A stretch of DNA of 64,000 nt from assembly GCA_003150515.1 (NCBI GenBank), contig QALW01000021.1, positions 163,644 through 227,643 of the forward strand, given 5' to 3'. The DNA comes from Selenomonadales bacterium. Lineage in GTDB: Bacteria > Bacillota > Clostridia > Christensenellales > QALW01. Shown in pieces: positions 1 through 10,228 of this stretch (its first letter is position 1; each line of letters opens with the position of its first letter). Both the position numbers and the translations under genes were made by a program. Below the pieces are notes generated by a model, which did no database searches, had not been told where the DNA came from, and worked only from the letters and a program-made list of their open reading frames with translations.

Positions 1-836
1 GCATGCCGTCTCGCCCGGCTTAAGCTCTTTAAAATCCTTTTCCCGTTTATGTATTTTATAATACTCTCTAACCGCCTCATCCGTCGCCCAAATAGAGCTG
101 AGACAAGTGGTTTCAGTAGTCATAACGTCTATTCCGCAGCGGTAATCCACGCTCAGATTTTTTATGCCGTCCCCTATAAATTCCAGCACCTTATTCTTAA
201 CCCGGCCGCCGGAAAACACCTCTTTAATAAGCGCTATGGCTACGTCGTGCGGCCCTACGCCCGGCCTGGGAGCCCCCTTAAGCATTACTGCTATTATTTC
301 AGGATAATTTATATCGTAGGTTTTATTTAAGAGCTGCTTAACCAGTTCTGGCCCGCCTTCTCCTACTGCCATGCAGCCTAATGCGCCGTAACGGGTATGA
401 CTGTCGGAGCCCAGCACCATCCTGCCGCATCCGGCCAGTTCTTCCCGGGCATAGGAATGAATAACCGCTATATGGGGAGGAACGAAAATGCCCCCGTATT
501 TGCGCGCGGCGGTATATCCGAAAACGTGGTCGTCTTCATTCAGAGTCCCGCCCACGGCGCAAAGGCTGTTATGACAGTTAGTAAGCGCATAAGGAACGGG
601 GAATTCCTTTAATCCGCTGGCCCGCGCCGTCTGAATTATGCCTACATAAGTTATATCATGGGAAGTAAGCGCGTCGAATTTCAGTTTCAGGCGGCTCATA
701 TCCCCCGACGTATTATGGGCAGAGAGAATGCCGTAGGCCATAGTATTCTTAAACGCGCTGTTGTCCGCGTCCGCATAGCCCTTTAATATTTCGTTCTGAT
801 TTTTTATAAACGTCTTTTCCCAGTTGCAGCTAATCA
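1..836 (-). CDS. Aconitate hydratase (aconitase-family Fe-S dehydratase), N-terminal ~278 aa; gene continues past the left edge
   Basis: Own minus-strand translation from ATG (836-834) gives [21 protein letters not shown]...[14 protein letters not shown]...[31 protein letters not shown]. The frame stays open to base 1. GSDSHT and NCHNS are aconitase-family signatures. The gene is absent from the ORF track because no stop lies inside the window. Track ORFs 49-330 and 397-612 (+) are antisense noise. Confidence 0.75.
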
Positions 837-853
837 TTTTTAAACTCCTTTAA

Positions 854-2362
854 TTACAGAATAACCAGATTCTTGCCGTAGGCCTTTTTAAATATATTTC
901 CGCTGGTCAGAGCGTCCTTGATTTCCAGAGAAGCGTCTGCCGTGGCCGCAGTCTTAACTATAACTGAATCTCCAAGGATATCGCAGCTCACTCCCGTAAT
1001 CACGCCCGACATGCATCTGTCAAAGCTCTCGGCAATTCTTATAAGCACTCCCAATTTATTAATTATATCTATATCGGCGCCGTTTATTATATCGCCGTAT
1101 TTTATATAATCCTTTTTCATCTCCTCTTTGCGGTGGAAAGCCGCTATAAAGGAGGCCATAAGCCTGTCCCTATGATTAAGGCCGTAAAGATTGCCGTTTA
1201 TCATCATATAAAACGTATGCTTATGATGATCGTAATATTTTATGCGCTGGCCTATATCGTGCAGCATGCCCGCCGTCCTTATAAGGCGCAGATAAGAATT
1301 GGGCAGCTTATGCAATTGGCGGAGCTGTTCAAACATGGAAACGGCAAGCTGGGTTACGCGTTCAGCATGCTCTACGTTTTCATTATACTGCCCCGAAAGA
1401 TTTCTGAGGCTGAAATCCAGGACGTTGGGAGTGGGCTTAACTGCAAGCTGAGGATCAATATGCTCAAAGATTATTCCCTCCCGCATGCCCGTGCAGCTCA
1501 CATATACGTCGCTGCTGTTTATGCGCTTTATAAGAGAAGTCATAGCCGCCAGCGCAGCCAGGAATATATCCGCGCGCTCATTGGACAGGCCTTTAATTTT
1601 CATTCTTCCGTCCAAATCCAGCTTTTTAACCCCTTCGTATACTAAATTGACCTCTTTTTCTGTCATAAAATAATTATGGGCTATATCCAGGCTGTACTTT
1701 TTCTTCTTGCGCAGCACTTTGCCCACGTTCCGGAAAGAGCCTCCCACGCCTATAAGAGGCAGATTGGAAATATTCTGAAGCCAGGGCAGCTCGTCAAACT
1801 GAGCGGCGATAAATTCCTCAATAGCGTCCATCTGCTCAGGCTGCACCTTATCATGCAGGCCGAACTGCTCGGTAAGGGTTACAGTCCCAAAAGGCAGGCA
1901 GGCAAGATTTTTAACCTGGCGCTTCTCAAAATGCACCAATTCCACCGTGCCTCCGCCTATATCCATAATCACGCCCGCGTCTATATCCATGGTGTTTATA
2001 ACGCCCTGATAAACATATATGGCTTCCTGTTCCCCAGTAAGCAAAGTAAGATTAATGCCCGTCGCGGCATAAACTTCGTCCAGAAGGCTGCGCTGATTGG
2101 CGGCGCGGCGCACCGCCGCGGTCAGCACGGGAATAATATCCGTTATTTCGTTAGCCGTGCAAAGACGCTTAAACATCTGAAGAGTTTTAATAAGCTGCTG
2201 GATTCGCCTGGGCCTGATTATATTATCCTGCGTCATATCTGAAATCAGCCGGACAGGTTCTTTAAGCTCGTCCACAATTCTATATGAGCCGTTATCATAA
2301 AGATTGACCACCACCATTCTAGTCGTATTTGAGCCAACGTCAATTACCGCAAGCTTTTTCAT
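854..2362 (-). CDS. ppx: Ppx/GppA-family exopolyphosphatase / pppGpp phosphohydrolase with C-terminal HD domain
   Basis: 502-aa ORF. N-terminal sugar-kinase-fold signatures MKKLAVIDVGSNTTRMVVV and DIGGGTVEL. C-terminal HD motif MLHDIGQRIKYYDHHKH. Confidence 0.85.
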   Translation of the reverse strand: MKKLAVIDVGSNTTRMVVVNLYDNGSYRIVDELKEPVRLISDMTQDNIIRPRRIQQLIKTLQMFKRLCTANEITDIIPVLTAAVRRAANQRSLLDEVYAATGINLTLLTGEQEAIYVYQGVINTMDIDAGVIMDIGGGTVELVHFEKRQVKNLACLPFGTVTLTEQFGLHDKVQPEQMDAIEEFIAAQFDELPWLQNISNLPLIGVGGSFRNVGKVLRKKKKYSLDIAHNYFMTEKEVNLVYEGVKKLDLDGRMKIKGLSNERADIFLAALAAMTSLIKRINSSDVYVSCTGMREGIIFEHIDPQLAVKPTPNVLDFSLRNLSGQYNENVEHAERVTQLAVSMFEQLRQLHKLPNSYLRLIRTAGMLHDIGQRIKYYDHHKHTFYMMINGNLYGLNHRDRLMASFIAAFHRKEEMKKDYIKYGDIINGADIDIINKLGVLIRIAESFDRCMSGVITGVSCDILGDSVIVKTAATADASLEIKDALTSGNIFKKAYGKNLVIL

Positions 2363-2417
2363 TTGTCATCTCTCCTTTATCTATACGGCTCGAGCCGGTT
2401 GTATAGCAAAATTATAT

Positions 2418-3200
2418 TCAGCCTAGCCTCAGGCTCTTTTGCGGACAGCGCTCAACGCATTTTCCGCAGCCTATGCATTTTTCATTGTCTATCACAGGCA
2501 AATGATCTATCAAAGTTATCGCATGCTGCTCGCATACTTTCGCGCACAGCCCGCAGGAAACGCAGCCCACTGAACAGACGTCTTTAACCTTTCTGCCCAT
2601 CTCCTTGGCATGGCAGGCTACATATACGCGCGTATTCAAAGGCTTTATGCTTATAAGGCCATGGGGACATTCCTTAACGCACAGCCCGCAGGAAACGCAT
2701 TTAGATTTATCAATCTCAGGAACGCCGTGCTCGTTAAGGCTGATAGCGCCCATGGGACATACCCTCTGACAGCTTAAAAGGCCGACGCATCCGTAAGGAC
2801 AGCCTTTTTTGCCCTCGGCCGCGGCCGCCCGGCAATCAATAAGACCGGTATAATCCGCCCTGTCCACGCATCGCCTGCCGCCCTGACAGCCCACAAAAGC
2901 CGCCGTAGGAGACAGCGCCTCCGCTTCAACTCCTAAGAGCTCGGCAATTTTGTTTCTGTTATCCTGACTGGCCACAGGGCATTGGGATATGCTGGCCTTG
3001 CCCTCCGCCAGCGCCTTAGCCATGGCTCCGCATCCTGCAAAGCCGCAGCTTCCGCAATTAGCGCCTGAAAGCAGAGAAAGGATTTTCTCCTGTTTTTCAT
3101 CCATCGGGACGGCTATATATTTATCCGCCAGCGCAAGAGCCAGCCCCAGAATGAGTCCCAGCCCGGCGACAATGCAGACGCTTGCAATAAAAACTGTCAT
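2418..3200 (-). CDS. rnfB: Rnf electron-transport complex subunit B (polyferredoxin)
   Basis: 260 aa with an N-terminal TM helix, the CGSCGFAGC motif and several CxxCxxCxxxCP 4Fe-4S motifs. It is the last gene of an rnfCDGEAB array. Confidence 0.9.
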   Translation of the reverse strand: MTVFIASVCIVAGLGLILGLALALADKYIAVPMDEKQEKILSLLSGANCGSCGFAGCGAMAKALAEGKASISQCPVASQDNRNKIAELLGVEAEALSPTAAFVGCQGGRRCVDRADYTGLIDCRAAAAEGKKGCPYGCVGLLSCQRVCPMGAISLNEHGVPEIDKSKCVSCGLCVKECPHGLISIKPLNTRVYVACHAKEMGRKVKDVCSVGCVSCGLCAKVCEQHAITLIDHLPVIDNEKCIGCGKCVERCPQKSLRLG

Positions 3201-3213
3201 TTTAAAGCCCTCC

Positions 3214-3801
3214 CTATTTCATCATTCCCGAAAAGCCCAGAAACGCAAGGGACATAAGCCCCGCCGTAATAAGCGCTATGGGCTTTCCCTGCATGGCCCT
3301 GGGGATGCTGAGCGTCTCCTGGCGTTCGCGGATCGCCGCCATAAGCACCAGCGCCAGAGTAAAACCAAGCGCGGCGCCTATGCCTAAGGCTAGAGATTCT
3401 ATTATATCATAACCGTTGTCAATATTCAAGATAGCAGCGCCCAAAACCGCACAATTTGTTGTAATTAACGGAAGATATACGCCCAGGGCCTCATATAGAG
3501 TAACGCTTACTCTTTTTATAATTATCTCCACAAGCTGCACCAAAGACGCAATTACTAATATAAAAACCAGCGTCCTCAGATAGGTAACGTCAAAACGAAG
3601 CAGCACATGATTATAAAGCACATTGGTAATAACGGAGGACAAAGCCATGACAAAAGTAACAGCCGCACCCATGCCCACCGCCGTTTTAACCTTATTGGAA
3701 ACCCCCATAAAAGGACAGATTCCCATAACCCGTGAAAAAACAAAATTATCTACAATTATGGCGCTGACTATTATGCCCAGAATATTAATTACACCGTCCA
3801 T
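3214..3801 (-). CDS. rnfA: Rnf complex subunit A
   Basis: 195-aa polytopic membrane protein (VDNFVFSRVMGICPFMGVS...). Typical RnfA/NqrE family sequence and operon position. Confidence 0.9.
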   Translation of the reverse strand: MDGVINILGIIVSAIIVDNFVFSRVMGICPFMGVSNKVKTAVGMGAAVTFVMALSSVITNVLYNHVLLRFDVTYLRTLVFILVIASLVQLVEIIIKRVSVTLYEALGVYLPLITTNCAVLGAAILNIDNGYDIIESLALGIGAALGFTLALVLMAAIRERQETLSIPRAMQGKPIALITAGLMSLAFLGFSGMMK

Positions 3802-4421
3802 TACGCTTTATTCCCCCTTTTATTGCGCACAGCGGCCAAAACGGCCAGCACAACGCCCAGCGTGATGAATCCGCCTGCGGTCATAGTAAAGCCGCTTATA
3901 GCGGGCACCCCTTCGGGCAGCAGACGCAGCCCGAATATGCTGCCCGAGCCCAAAAGCTCGCGTATGCAGCCCAGAATGGTAAGCGCTATTGTAAAGCCGC
4001 TGCCCGTTCCAAGAGCGTCTGCCGCCGAAGCCAGCAGCCCGTTTTTAGAAGCAAAGCTTTCAGCGCGTTCCAGAATTATGCAGTTAACCACAATAAGAGG
4101 TATAAATATTCCCAGAGAAGCGTTAAGAGAAGGCAGAAAGGCCTCCAGAAGCATCTGCACTATAGTGGAAAAGGAAGCGATGACTACTATAAAACAGGGA
4201 ATGCGCACCTGCTCGGGAATAAATTTTCTCAGCATGGAAACCAGCAGGCTGGAGCAGAGCAGCACGAATATAACGGATACTCCCATGCCCAAGCCGTTAA
4301 AAGCCGAAGTGGTTACAGCTAAAGTAGGGCACATGCCCAGCACCATAACAAACGTAGGATTATTGGTTATGGCTCCCTCTTTGAATATGGTTATTAAGGA
4401 TTTCCCTTTAGGCTTCTCCAT
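3801..4421 (-). CDS. rnfE: Rnf complex subunit E
   Basis: 206-aa membrane protein (NNPTFVMVLGMCPTLAVTTS...). RnfE/NqrD family. Its stop overlaps the rnfA start. Confidence 0.9.
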   Translation of the reverse strand: MEKPKGKSLITIFKEGAITNNPTFVMVLGMCPTLAVTTSAFNGLGMGVSVIFVLLCSSLLVSMLRKFIPEQVRIPCFIVVIASFSTIVQMLLEAFLPSLNASLGIFIPLIVVNCIILERAESFASKNGLLASAADALGTGSGFTIALTILGCIRELLGSGSIFGLRLLPEGVPAISGFTMTAGGFITLGVVLAVLAAVRNKRGNKA

Positions 4422-4980
4422 ACGCCGGCCCCTCCTTAAGAAATATTTCCAGATATGCGTCCATATAAGCGCGCGCCGTATTAACCGCCTCAGTCACTCC
4501 GGCGGAAGAAATGGTAGCGCCCGATATGGGAGTTATATTCTCTCTTAATACGGCCTGTTCTTTAAGCCCGTTAAATTGGCCCCGAAATTCCTCCTCGGTA
4601 ATTTTAGCGCCCAGATTGGGAGTTTCGCTATGCGAACCCACTATTATTCCCGCAATCCCGCCGTTTGCGTCAAAGCCCACTCTCAGGGCAATATCCCCGC
4701 CGTATCCCTTAGCGCGTATTATTACGGCGCAGCCCGCGTATTCCCCGCCTTTATATGCAATATAGGCCTCGTCTATCCGGGAAAATTCTTCTCCCGCGTT
4801 TTGAGCCGTCATAGGCATGTATGTAGCGTCAGGAATAAGCTGGCTGAGCGCCCGCTGTATTTCTTCTCTTTCATTTTCGGCTATTTTATCAGCCGTTACC
4901 GCGTTTACCCCGGCCAGAGCGGCCACGCATATCAGGCAGACGAAGAACAGCCTGAAGGCAATGCTTAATATCTTTTTCAT
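4408..4980 (-). CDS. rnfG: Rnf complex subunit G (FMN-binding)
   Basis: 190 aa with an N-terminal anchor helix and an FMN_bind-type C-terminus (ISGATISSAGVTEAVN). Overlaps rnfD and rnfE. Confidence 0.88.
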   Translation of the reverse strand: MKKILSIAFRLFFVCLICVAALAGVNAVTADKIAENEREEIQRALSQLIPDATYMPMTAQNAGEEFSRIDEAYIAYKGGEYAGCAVIIRAKGYGGDIALRVGFDANGGIAGIIVGSHSETPNLGAKITEEEFRGQFNGLKEQAVLRENITPISGATISSAGVTEAVNTARAYMDAYLEIFLKEGPAYGEA

Positions 4981-5906
4981 TTACTCTTCACCTCACCAAA
5001 AACGCGGGGCTTTATGTACTTGTCAATCAGAGGAGTGACAAGATTCATAAGCAGTATTGCAAACATGGTGCCTTCCGGCCAGGCGGCAAACTGCCTTATA
5101 AGGATGGTCAGCACGCCGCACCCGGCAGCATAAATTATTTGCCCCAGCGGGGTTATGGGAGACGTGGCGTAATCGGTGGCCATAAAAACCGCGCCGAAGA
5201 GAAGGCCGCCTGAAAGCAAATCGGCAGCCACGCCGCATTCCCTGCCTAATATAAGGGAAGTCAGAGCCGCGGCGGCCAGCATGACGGCCGGGATGCGCCA
5301 GGATATCACCCTGCGGAGTAATAAATAAAGCAGGCCCAAAAGAATGGCCCATTTGCAGGTTTCTCCCAGCGCGCCGCCGTAATTGCCCAGGATAAGCTCC
5401 CAAAGGCTCATCTCGCCCGGCTGATAGCCTATATCTAGAGGCGTCGCGCCCGTTACTGCGTCCGCCAGCGGCTGATTATATTGAATACTGCTGAAAACGC
5501 CCGCAAAGGACAGGAACATAAACGCACGGCCGGCCAGCGCGGGATTTAAAATATTCGCTCCCAGCCCGCCGAAGCATTGCTTGGCTATTATAATTGCAAA
5601 CGCGCTGCCCAGAATTACAACGTATACCGGCGCGCCCACAGGCAGCACCAGCGCATAAAGCAGGCCGGTTACCACGGCGCTCAAATCATTGACGGTATTT
5701 CTGCGTTTCATGACTTTTAAGCAAAGCGCTTCGCAGGCAACCGCCGTAAGCACGGAAAGCCCCATCACCAGCAGGCTCCTGGAGCCGAAAATGAATATTG
5801 AGCAAATTGCGGCGGGCGCCAAGGCGATTATAACGTCCAGCATTATGCGGCGGGTGGAATTGCCGTGCCTTATATGAGGAGAGGAAGAAATATTCAGTTG
5901 GCTCAT
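4977..5906 (-). CDS. rnfD: Rnf complex subunit D
   Basis: Polytopic membrane protein. The likely start is MSQLNISSSPHIRHG at 5906, which forms an ATGA overlap with the rnfC stop at 5903-5905. The track's longer start at 6014 would lie inside rnfC. Confidence 0.88.
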   Translation of the reverse strand: MSQLNISSSPHIRHGNSTRRIMLDVIIALAPAAICSIFIFGSRSLLVMGLSVLTAVACEALCLKVMKRRNTVNDLSAVVTGLLYALVLPVGAPVYVVILGSAFAIIIAKQCFGGLGANILNPALAGRAFMFLSFAGVFSSIQYNQPLADAVTGATPLDIGYQPGEMSLWELILGNYGGALGETCKWAILLGLLYLLLRRVISWRIPAVMLAAAALTSLILGRECGVAADLLSGGLLFGAVFMATDYATSPITPLGQIIYAAGCGVLTILIRQFAAWPEGTMFAILLMNLVTPLIDKYIKPRVFGEVKSK

Positions 5907-7216
5907 TTTGCTTCCCTCTCTTTCCTTATAACAGCCGCTTTGCCCAGCCTGAGCGACTGCATTAAATAGCGTTTGGCCGGACATACGAACGTGCAGCTTC
6001 CGCATTCTATGCAATCCTTAATATGCCAGGCGGCGCATTCCTCCAATTTGCCGGCGCGCTGAAATGCGTCCAGCGCAGCGGGCACCAGCCCGACAGGACA
6101 TGCCTGAACGCATTTCCCGCAGCGTATGCAGGCAGATTCCTCGGGCAGCTCGGCGTCCTTTTTATTAAGCAGAAGCAAGCCCGACGTGCCTTTTATTACC
6201 GGTGAATTTATATCTGCGGCAGCCGTCCCCATCATGGGCCCGCCTGAAATAATTTTTGCAACTTTATAACTGTCTATATCAAGAAAATTCAGCACATCGC
6301 AGATACGCGTGCCTAAAGGAATATAAAGATTATAGCCGTCCCCTATAGCGCTTCCGGCAACGGTAGTTATTCTGCCCGTAACGGGCTCCCCTTTTACGGC
6401 AGCCGCATACAGAGCCGCGGCAGTAGCCACATTCTGCACTACGCAGCCTATTTTTGACGGAAGCGCGCCCGAAGGCACCTGCCGGCGGGTAAGCTGATAT
6501 ATAAGCTGCTTTTCCGCTCCCATGGGATAGCGTTTGGGCAGCACATGAACTGCAATTTCATCAAACCGCTCAGCCTGCTCCTTCATAATTTTAATAGCCT
6601 CGGGCTTATTGGCCTCTATTCCAATTAAAATTCTCGGCGCCCCTACAGCCATGGCCGAAAGACGCGCGCCCAGCAGTATATCCAGAGAATGCTCTATCAT
6701 CAGCCTGTTATCCGCCGTTAAATAGGGCTCGCACTCGGCGCCGTTTATAATGAGAAAATCTATTTTATCTTGGGTAGCCAGCTTAACATGAGTGGGAAAA
6801 GCCGCTCCTCCCATGCCTGCAAGGCCCATCTGCTCAGCCGCGGCGATAATCTCTTCCCGGCTGGGCGACGGATTCTGACTAAACTCCGCCCGTTCATATA
6901 CGTTATCGTTATCTATGACAATAGTGGGCACGGGCTTCCCGGCGGCGTTATTATAATTTGCAATTTCCACTACTTTGCCCGACACGCTGGAATGTATATT
7001 TGCGCTTATCTGGCCGTGCCTGGCAGCTATGAGCTCGCCCAAACGGACATACTGGCCTTTAGCCACCAAGGGCTCAGCGGGGCTGCCCAGATGCTGAACC
7101 AAAGGAATATACACTCTTTCGGGCGCGGGCATGATTTGTATGGGCTTATCGGCCCAGATTACAGCCTCTTCCTGCTTGCGGCTAAGCGGATGAATACCCC
7201 CTCTTTTTTTAAACAC
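5903..7216 (-). CDS. rnfC: Rnf complex subunit C (NADH-binding, 2x4Fe-4S)
   Basis: RnfC-type sequence (FKKRGGIHP..., two CxxCxxCxxxCP motifs near the C-terminus). I place the start at GTG 7216-7214, seven nt downstream of AGGAGG (complement of 7224-7229). The track start at 7279 lies upstream of the predicted promoter. Confidence 0.88.
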   Translation of the reverse strand: MFKKRGGIHPLSRKQEEAVIWADKPIQIMPAPERVYIPLVQHLGSPAEPLVAKGQYVRLGELIAARHGQISANIHSSVSGKVVEIANYNNAAGKPVPTIVIDNDNVYERAEFSQNPSPSREEIIAAAEQMGLAGMGGAAFPTHVKLATQDKIDFLIINGAECEPYLTADNRLMIEHSLDILLGARLSAMAVGAPRILIGIEANKPEAIKIMKEQAERFDEIAVHVLPKRYPMGAEKQLIYQLTRRQVPSGALPSKIGCVVQNVATAAALYAAAVKGEPVTGRITTVAGSAIGDGYNLYIPLGTRICDVLNFLDIDSYKVAKIISGGPMMGTAAADINSPVIKGTSGLLLLNKKDAELPEESACIRCGKCVQACPVGLVPAALDAFQRAGKLEECAAWHIKDCIECGSCTFVCPAKRYLMQSLRLGKAAVIRKEREAK

Positions 7217-7244
7217 AAAAATTCCTCCTAATAAAATTCGTTTT

Positions 7245-7273
7245 ATTATAGCATATTTTATCCTCTTTGAAAA
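7245..7273 (-). promoter_or_regulatory. Putative sigma-A promoter of the rnf operon
   Basis: Minus strand reads TTTTCA (7273-7268), a 17-nt spacer, then TGcTATAAT (extended -10; TATAAT = 7250-7245). It sits about 30 nt upstream of the GTG start. Confidence 0.5.
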
Positions 7274-7620
7274 TACCAAAAATTAAGAAATAACGCATGT
7301 TTTCTTAATAAAAATAAGACGCTTGCCCATATGGATAAATTGTTATATACTATTCATAAACTCAGGGGAATAAAAAGCCCGCCCGCGCCATATAGTTCCT
7401 ATGCCAAATAGGCTCTGCGCATATACCGCCGCGGACGCCGCCTTTTTAATAAGGAAACTCCGCGCAGCCGTCCGGCTTGCGGCGCGCTCCGGGCGCCTAA
7501 CTGTTTTTTTGATTTCCCCTGCCGCAGCGCGGACGCGCGTATTTTCCTTTTTAAGCTTTTTCGGGCTTATAAACTTATTAAAAGCTCCGCTCAGAGCAAA
7601 TAACCAGAAAAGAGGTACTT

Positions 7621-8493
7621 ATGGAAAACAAAGATTCTAACGTGCAGACAATTCCCCAGAATAAAATGACTCCGGCGCAATGGCTTCTGCGCCTTTTGCA
7701 GGGCGCCATTATAGGCGCGGGCGCCGTGCTGCCGGGAATAAGCGGCGGCGTGCTCTGCGTAGTTTTCGGCATCTATCAGCCCATGATGGAGCTGCTCGCT
7801 CATCCCTTTAAAATGTTTAAAAAATACTATATGATGTTTATACCCATTCTGCTGGGAGTTGCGGCCGGCTTTTTCCTGCTGGCTAAGCTGCTCAGCCTGC
7901 TCTTCAATGCAAACGAAACCATCATGGTATGCATTTTTATAGGGCTTATTATCGGCACTCTTCCCTCTTTGTACCGTGAATCCAGCCAGAAAGGCCATCC
8001 TAAATCCGCATGGATTGCTTTTATTCTGGCCTTTATCGCGCTCTATGCCCTGCTTATGTTCCTTAAGCTGGGCGGAAAGCTGGATATAACTCCTAATATG
8101 TGGTGGTTTTTATTCTGCGGAATAATTTTCGGAATAAGCATAATTGTCCCCGGAATGTCCTTTTCCTCCCCTCTAATGGCTTTAAGCCTCTACGAGCCCA
8201 TGATAGATTCGATAACCGCCTTTTCTCTTGAAGCCATTATTCCCATAGGCATAGGGACAATCTTGGTTATAGCCTCCCTTTCCCGCGCGGTTAATTATCT
8301 ATTTGACAGACATTACGCCGTTGCCAGCCATATAATTCTGGCCGCCGTCCTGGCCACCACTTTCTCTATAATTCCCTATCAGTTTGACAGCACGGGACAT
8401 TTCTTTATCTGCCTGCTCTGCGCCGTCGCCGGATTCTTCGCGGCATGGGGCTTAGATAAAATCAGCAATAAATATCTCATGCAAAATAAATAA
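7621..8493 (+). CDS. DUF368 family polytopic membrane protein (family recently linked to undecaprenyl-phosphate translocation)
   Basis: 290 aa with the two DUF368-type repeats, LPGISGGVLCVVFGIY and VPGMSFSSPLMAL. RBS AAAGAGG lies upstream of the ATG. Confidence 0.75.
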   Translation: MENKDSNVQTIPQNKMTPAQWLLRLLQGAIIGAGAVLPGISGGVLCVVFGIYQPMMELLAHPFKMFKKYYMMFIPILLGVAAGFFLLAKLLSLLFNANETIMVCIFIGLIIGTLPSLYRESSQKGHPKSAWIAFILAFIALYALLMFLKLGGKLDITPNMWWFLFCGIIFGISIIVPGMSFSSPLMALSLYEPMIDSITAFSLEAIIPIGIGTILVIASLSRAVNYLFDRHYAVASHIILAAVLATTFSIIPYQFDSTGHFFICLLCAVAGFFAAWGLDKISNKYLMQNK

Positions 8494-8502
8494 TGCTTTT
8501 GA

Positions 8503-8549
8503 GCGCAATTCGGCCCAAAACCCAGCGGAATCCGAATTGCGCTTTTTTT
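8503..8549 (+). terminator. Rho-independent terminator after the DUF368 gene
   Basis: Stem gcgcaattcgg (8503-8513) pairs with ccgaattgcgc (8532-8542), followed by a T7 run (8543-8549). Confidence 0.8.
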
Positions 8550-8702
8550 ATGCTCATGTTATTATTTTTTGTCGCTCGGAAGGGTTAGCGCTGTTTTTAT
8601 TAAAACTGCGCGCGATAAAAAGCTGCCGCGCGTTATTTTAATGCCGGCATTTTTCCTTTAAGACTTTTCCGCGGCAGTTCCGAACTAAAAGGAGGCTTTA
8701 AT

Positions 8703-10112
8703 TTGGCGCCTGTTAAAAAGGCTAAAAGAAAATATGAGATAGACATGTGCAGCGGCCCTATATTTAAAAAGGTCGTGCTTTTTGCTTTTCCTCTAATGAT
8801 TTCAGGCATACTGCAGCTTTTATATAACGCGGCCGATATAATAGTCGTAGGGCAGTTTGCCGGCAGCGACGCAATGGCGGCCGTGGGCTCCACTTCCTCT
8901 CTGATTAATCTGCTTACCAACGTTTTTATCGGACTTTCCATGGGAGTAAGCGTGCTGATTTCCAAATTCTACGGAGCCGGGCAGCAAAAGGATATTTTTG
9001 AAACGGTGCATACGGCGATTGGGCTCAGTCTTATATGCGGAGTGCTCATAGGCGCGCTGGGATTTATTTTCGCCGGAGACATGCTGGAGCTTATGGATTC
9101 GCCTGATAACGTGCTGGATAAAGCCACTCTCTATATGCAGATATATTTTCTGGGCATGCCCGCCTTTATGCTTTATAATTTTGGCAGCGCCGCCCTGAGA
9201 GCCGTGGGAGACACCCGCAGGCCCCTGTATTATCTCACCATTGCCGGAATTGTTAACATTCTCCTGAATCTGCTGTTTGTAATAGTATTCAATATGAGCG
9301 TAATGGGAGTGGCCATCGCGACGGTCGTCTCCCAGATTATTTCCGCGTTTCTTATAATCTGGTGCCTGATTAAAACGGACGGAGTGTGCCGGCTCAGCCT
9401 CAAGGAAATCAAAATATATCCCCGAAAATTGGGCTCCATTCTGAGAATAGGCCTGCCCGCAGGTATTCAGGGCTCTCTTTTTTCCATATCCAACGTGCTG
9501 ATTCAATCTTCTGTCAATTCGTTTAATTCCATAGCTATGGCGGGCAATACCGCCGCGGCCAGTCTGGAAGGCTTCGTTTACACCTCCATGAACGCTATGT
9601 CCCAGGCTTCCCTTTCTTTTACCAGCCAAAATTTCGGAGCCGGACAGATGAAGCGAATTAAGAGAATTGCCGGAATATGTCTGCTCTCGGTTACCGTCCT
9701 GGGGCTGTCCCTGGGCATGCTTATAACTCTGCTTGGGCATCCCTTAAGCAGAATATATTCGCCCGACCCGGCCGTTATAGAGGTTAGCATATCCCGTCTG
9801 AGCATTATATGCACCACCTATTTCCTCTGCGGAATTATGGAAGTATTCGTCGGGCTGCTGCGCGGCATGGGGCAATCCCTGCTGCCCACGTCCGTCTCTC
9901 TGCTGGGCGCCTGCGTGTTCCGCATAATATGGATATACACCGTTTTTGCCGCGCATCACACTCTGACGGTGTTATACATTTCCTATCCCGTCTCCTGGCT
10001 GCTGACCTCGTTAATTCATTTTATATGCTTCCTCTTCGTTTATAACTACAACAAGCGAAAGCTTAATAGAATAAAAGAGGAAACCGCGCCCGCCTTGGAC
10101 GCGCCGGCATAG
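8703..10112 (+). CDS. MATE family efflux transporter
   Basis: 469 aa with 12 predicted TM segments and a MATE N-terminus (FKKVVLFAFPLMISGILQLLYNAADIIVVGQF). TTG start lies 8 nt after AGGAGG. Confidence 0.88.
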   Translation: MAPVKKAKRKYEIDMCSGPIFKKVVLFAFPLMISGILQLLYNAADIIVVGQFAGSDAMAAVGSTSSLINLLTNVFIGLSMGVSVLISKFYGAGQQKDIFETVHTAIGLSLICGVLIGALGFIFAGDMLELMDSPDNVLDKATLYMQIYFLGMPAFMLYNFGSAALRAVGDTRRPLYYLTIAGIVNILLNLLFVIVFNMSVMGVAIATVVSQIISAFLIIWCLIKTDGVCRLSLKEIKIYPRKLGSILRIGLPAGIQGSLFSISNVLIQSSVNSFNSIAMAGNTAAASLEGFVYTSMNAMSQASLSFTSQNFGAGQMKRIKRIAGICLLSVTVLGLSLGMLITLLGHPLSRIYSPDPAVIEVSISRLSIICTTYFLCGIMEVFVGLLRGMGQSLLPTSVSLLGACVFRIIWIYTVFAAHHTLTVLYISYPVSWLLTSLIHFICFLFVYNYNKRKLNRIKEETAPALDAPA

Positions 10113-10198
10113 CTTCGCGCGCGCATAATTTCCAAGAGGAACCAATTTAAAACAAAAAGAGAGCGTCTCGGGCTCTCCGTTCAAACAAATTTCAATTT

Positions 10199-10227
10199 GC
10201 CGCCTGCAAAAGCAGGCGGCTTTATTT
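10199..10227. terminator. Bidirectional hairpin terminator between convergent MATE and hemW genes
   Basis: gccgcctgc (10199-10207), loop aaaa, gcaggcggc (10212-10220), then tttattt. Confidence 0.7.
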
Positions 10228-10228
10228 A

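Noticed and set aside
5023-5403. 126-aa Arg-rich ORF on the minus strand overlapping rnfD in another frame
   Set aside because: It is an alternative frame of a membrane-protein gene with an extremely basic low-complexity product. The rnfD frame is the one with family similarity.
7380-7560. GC-rich stretch in the rnfC / DUF368 divergent region as a sixth hairpin cluster or a decayed repeat copy
   Set aside because: Only short palindromes are present (agccg-tc-cggct, gcgcg-ga-cgcgc), plus an 11-mer CGCGCGTCCGC (reverse complement at 7534-7544) shared with the repeat family. There are no long stems or clear termini, so the evidence is too weak to call.
8820-9740. 306-aa antisense ORF inside the MATE gene. 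Similar long antisense ORFs are 3823-4548, 27103-27768, 30414-31256, 49435-50133 and 56368-56991.
   Set aside because: Each is opposite a confidently identified gene and has a Gly/Arg/His-rich shadow-frame composition. None has family resemblance or an RBS.
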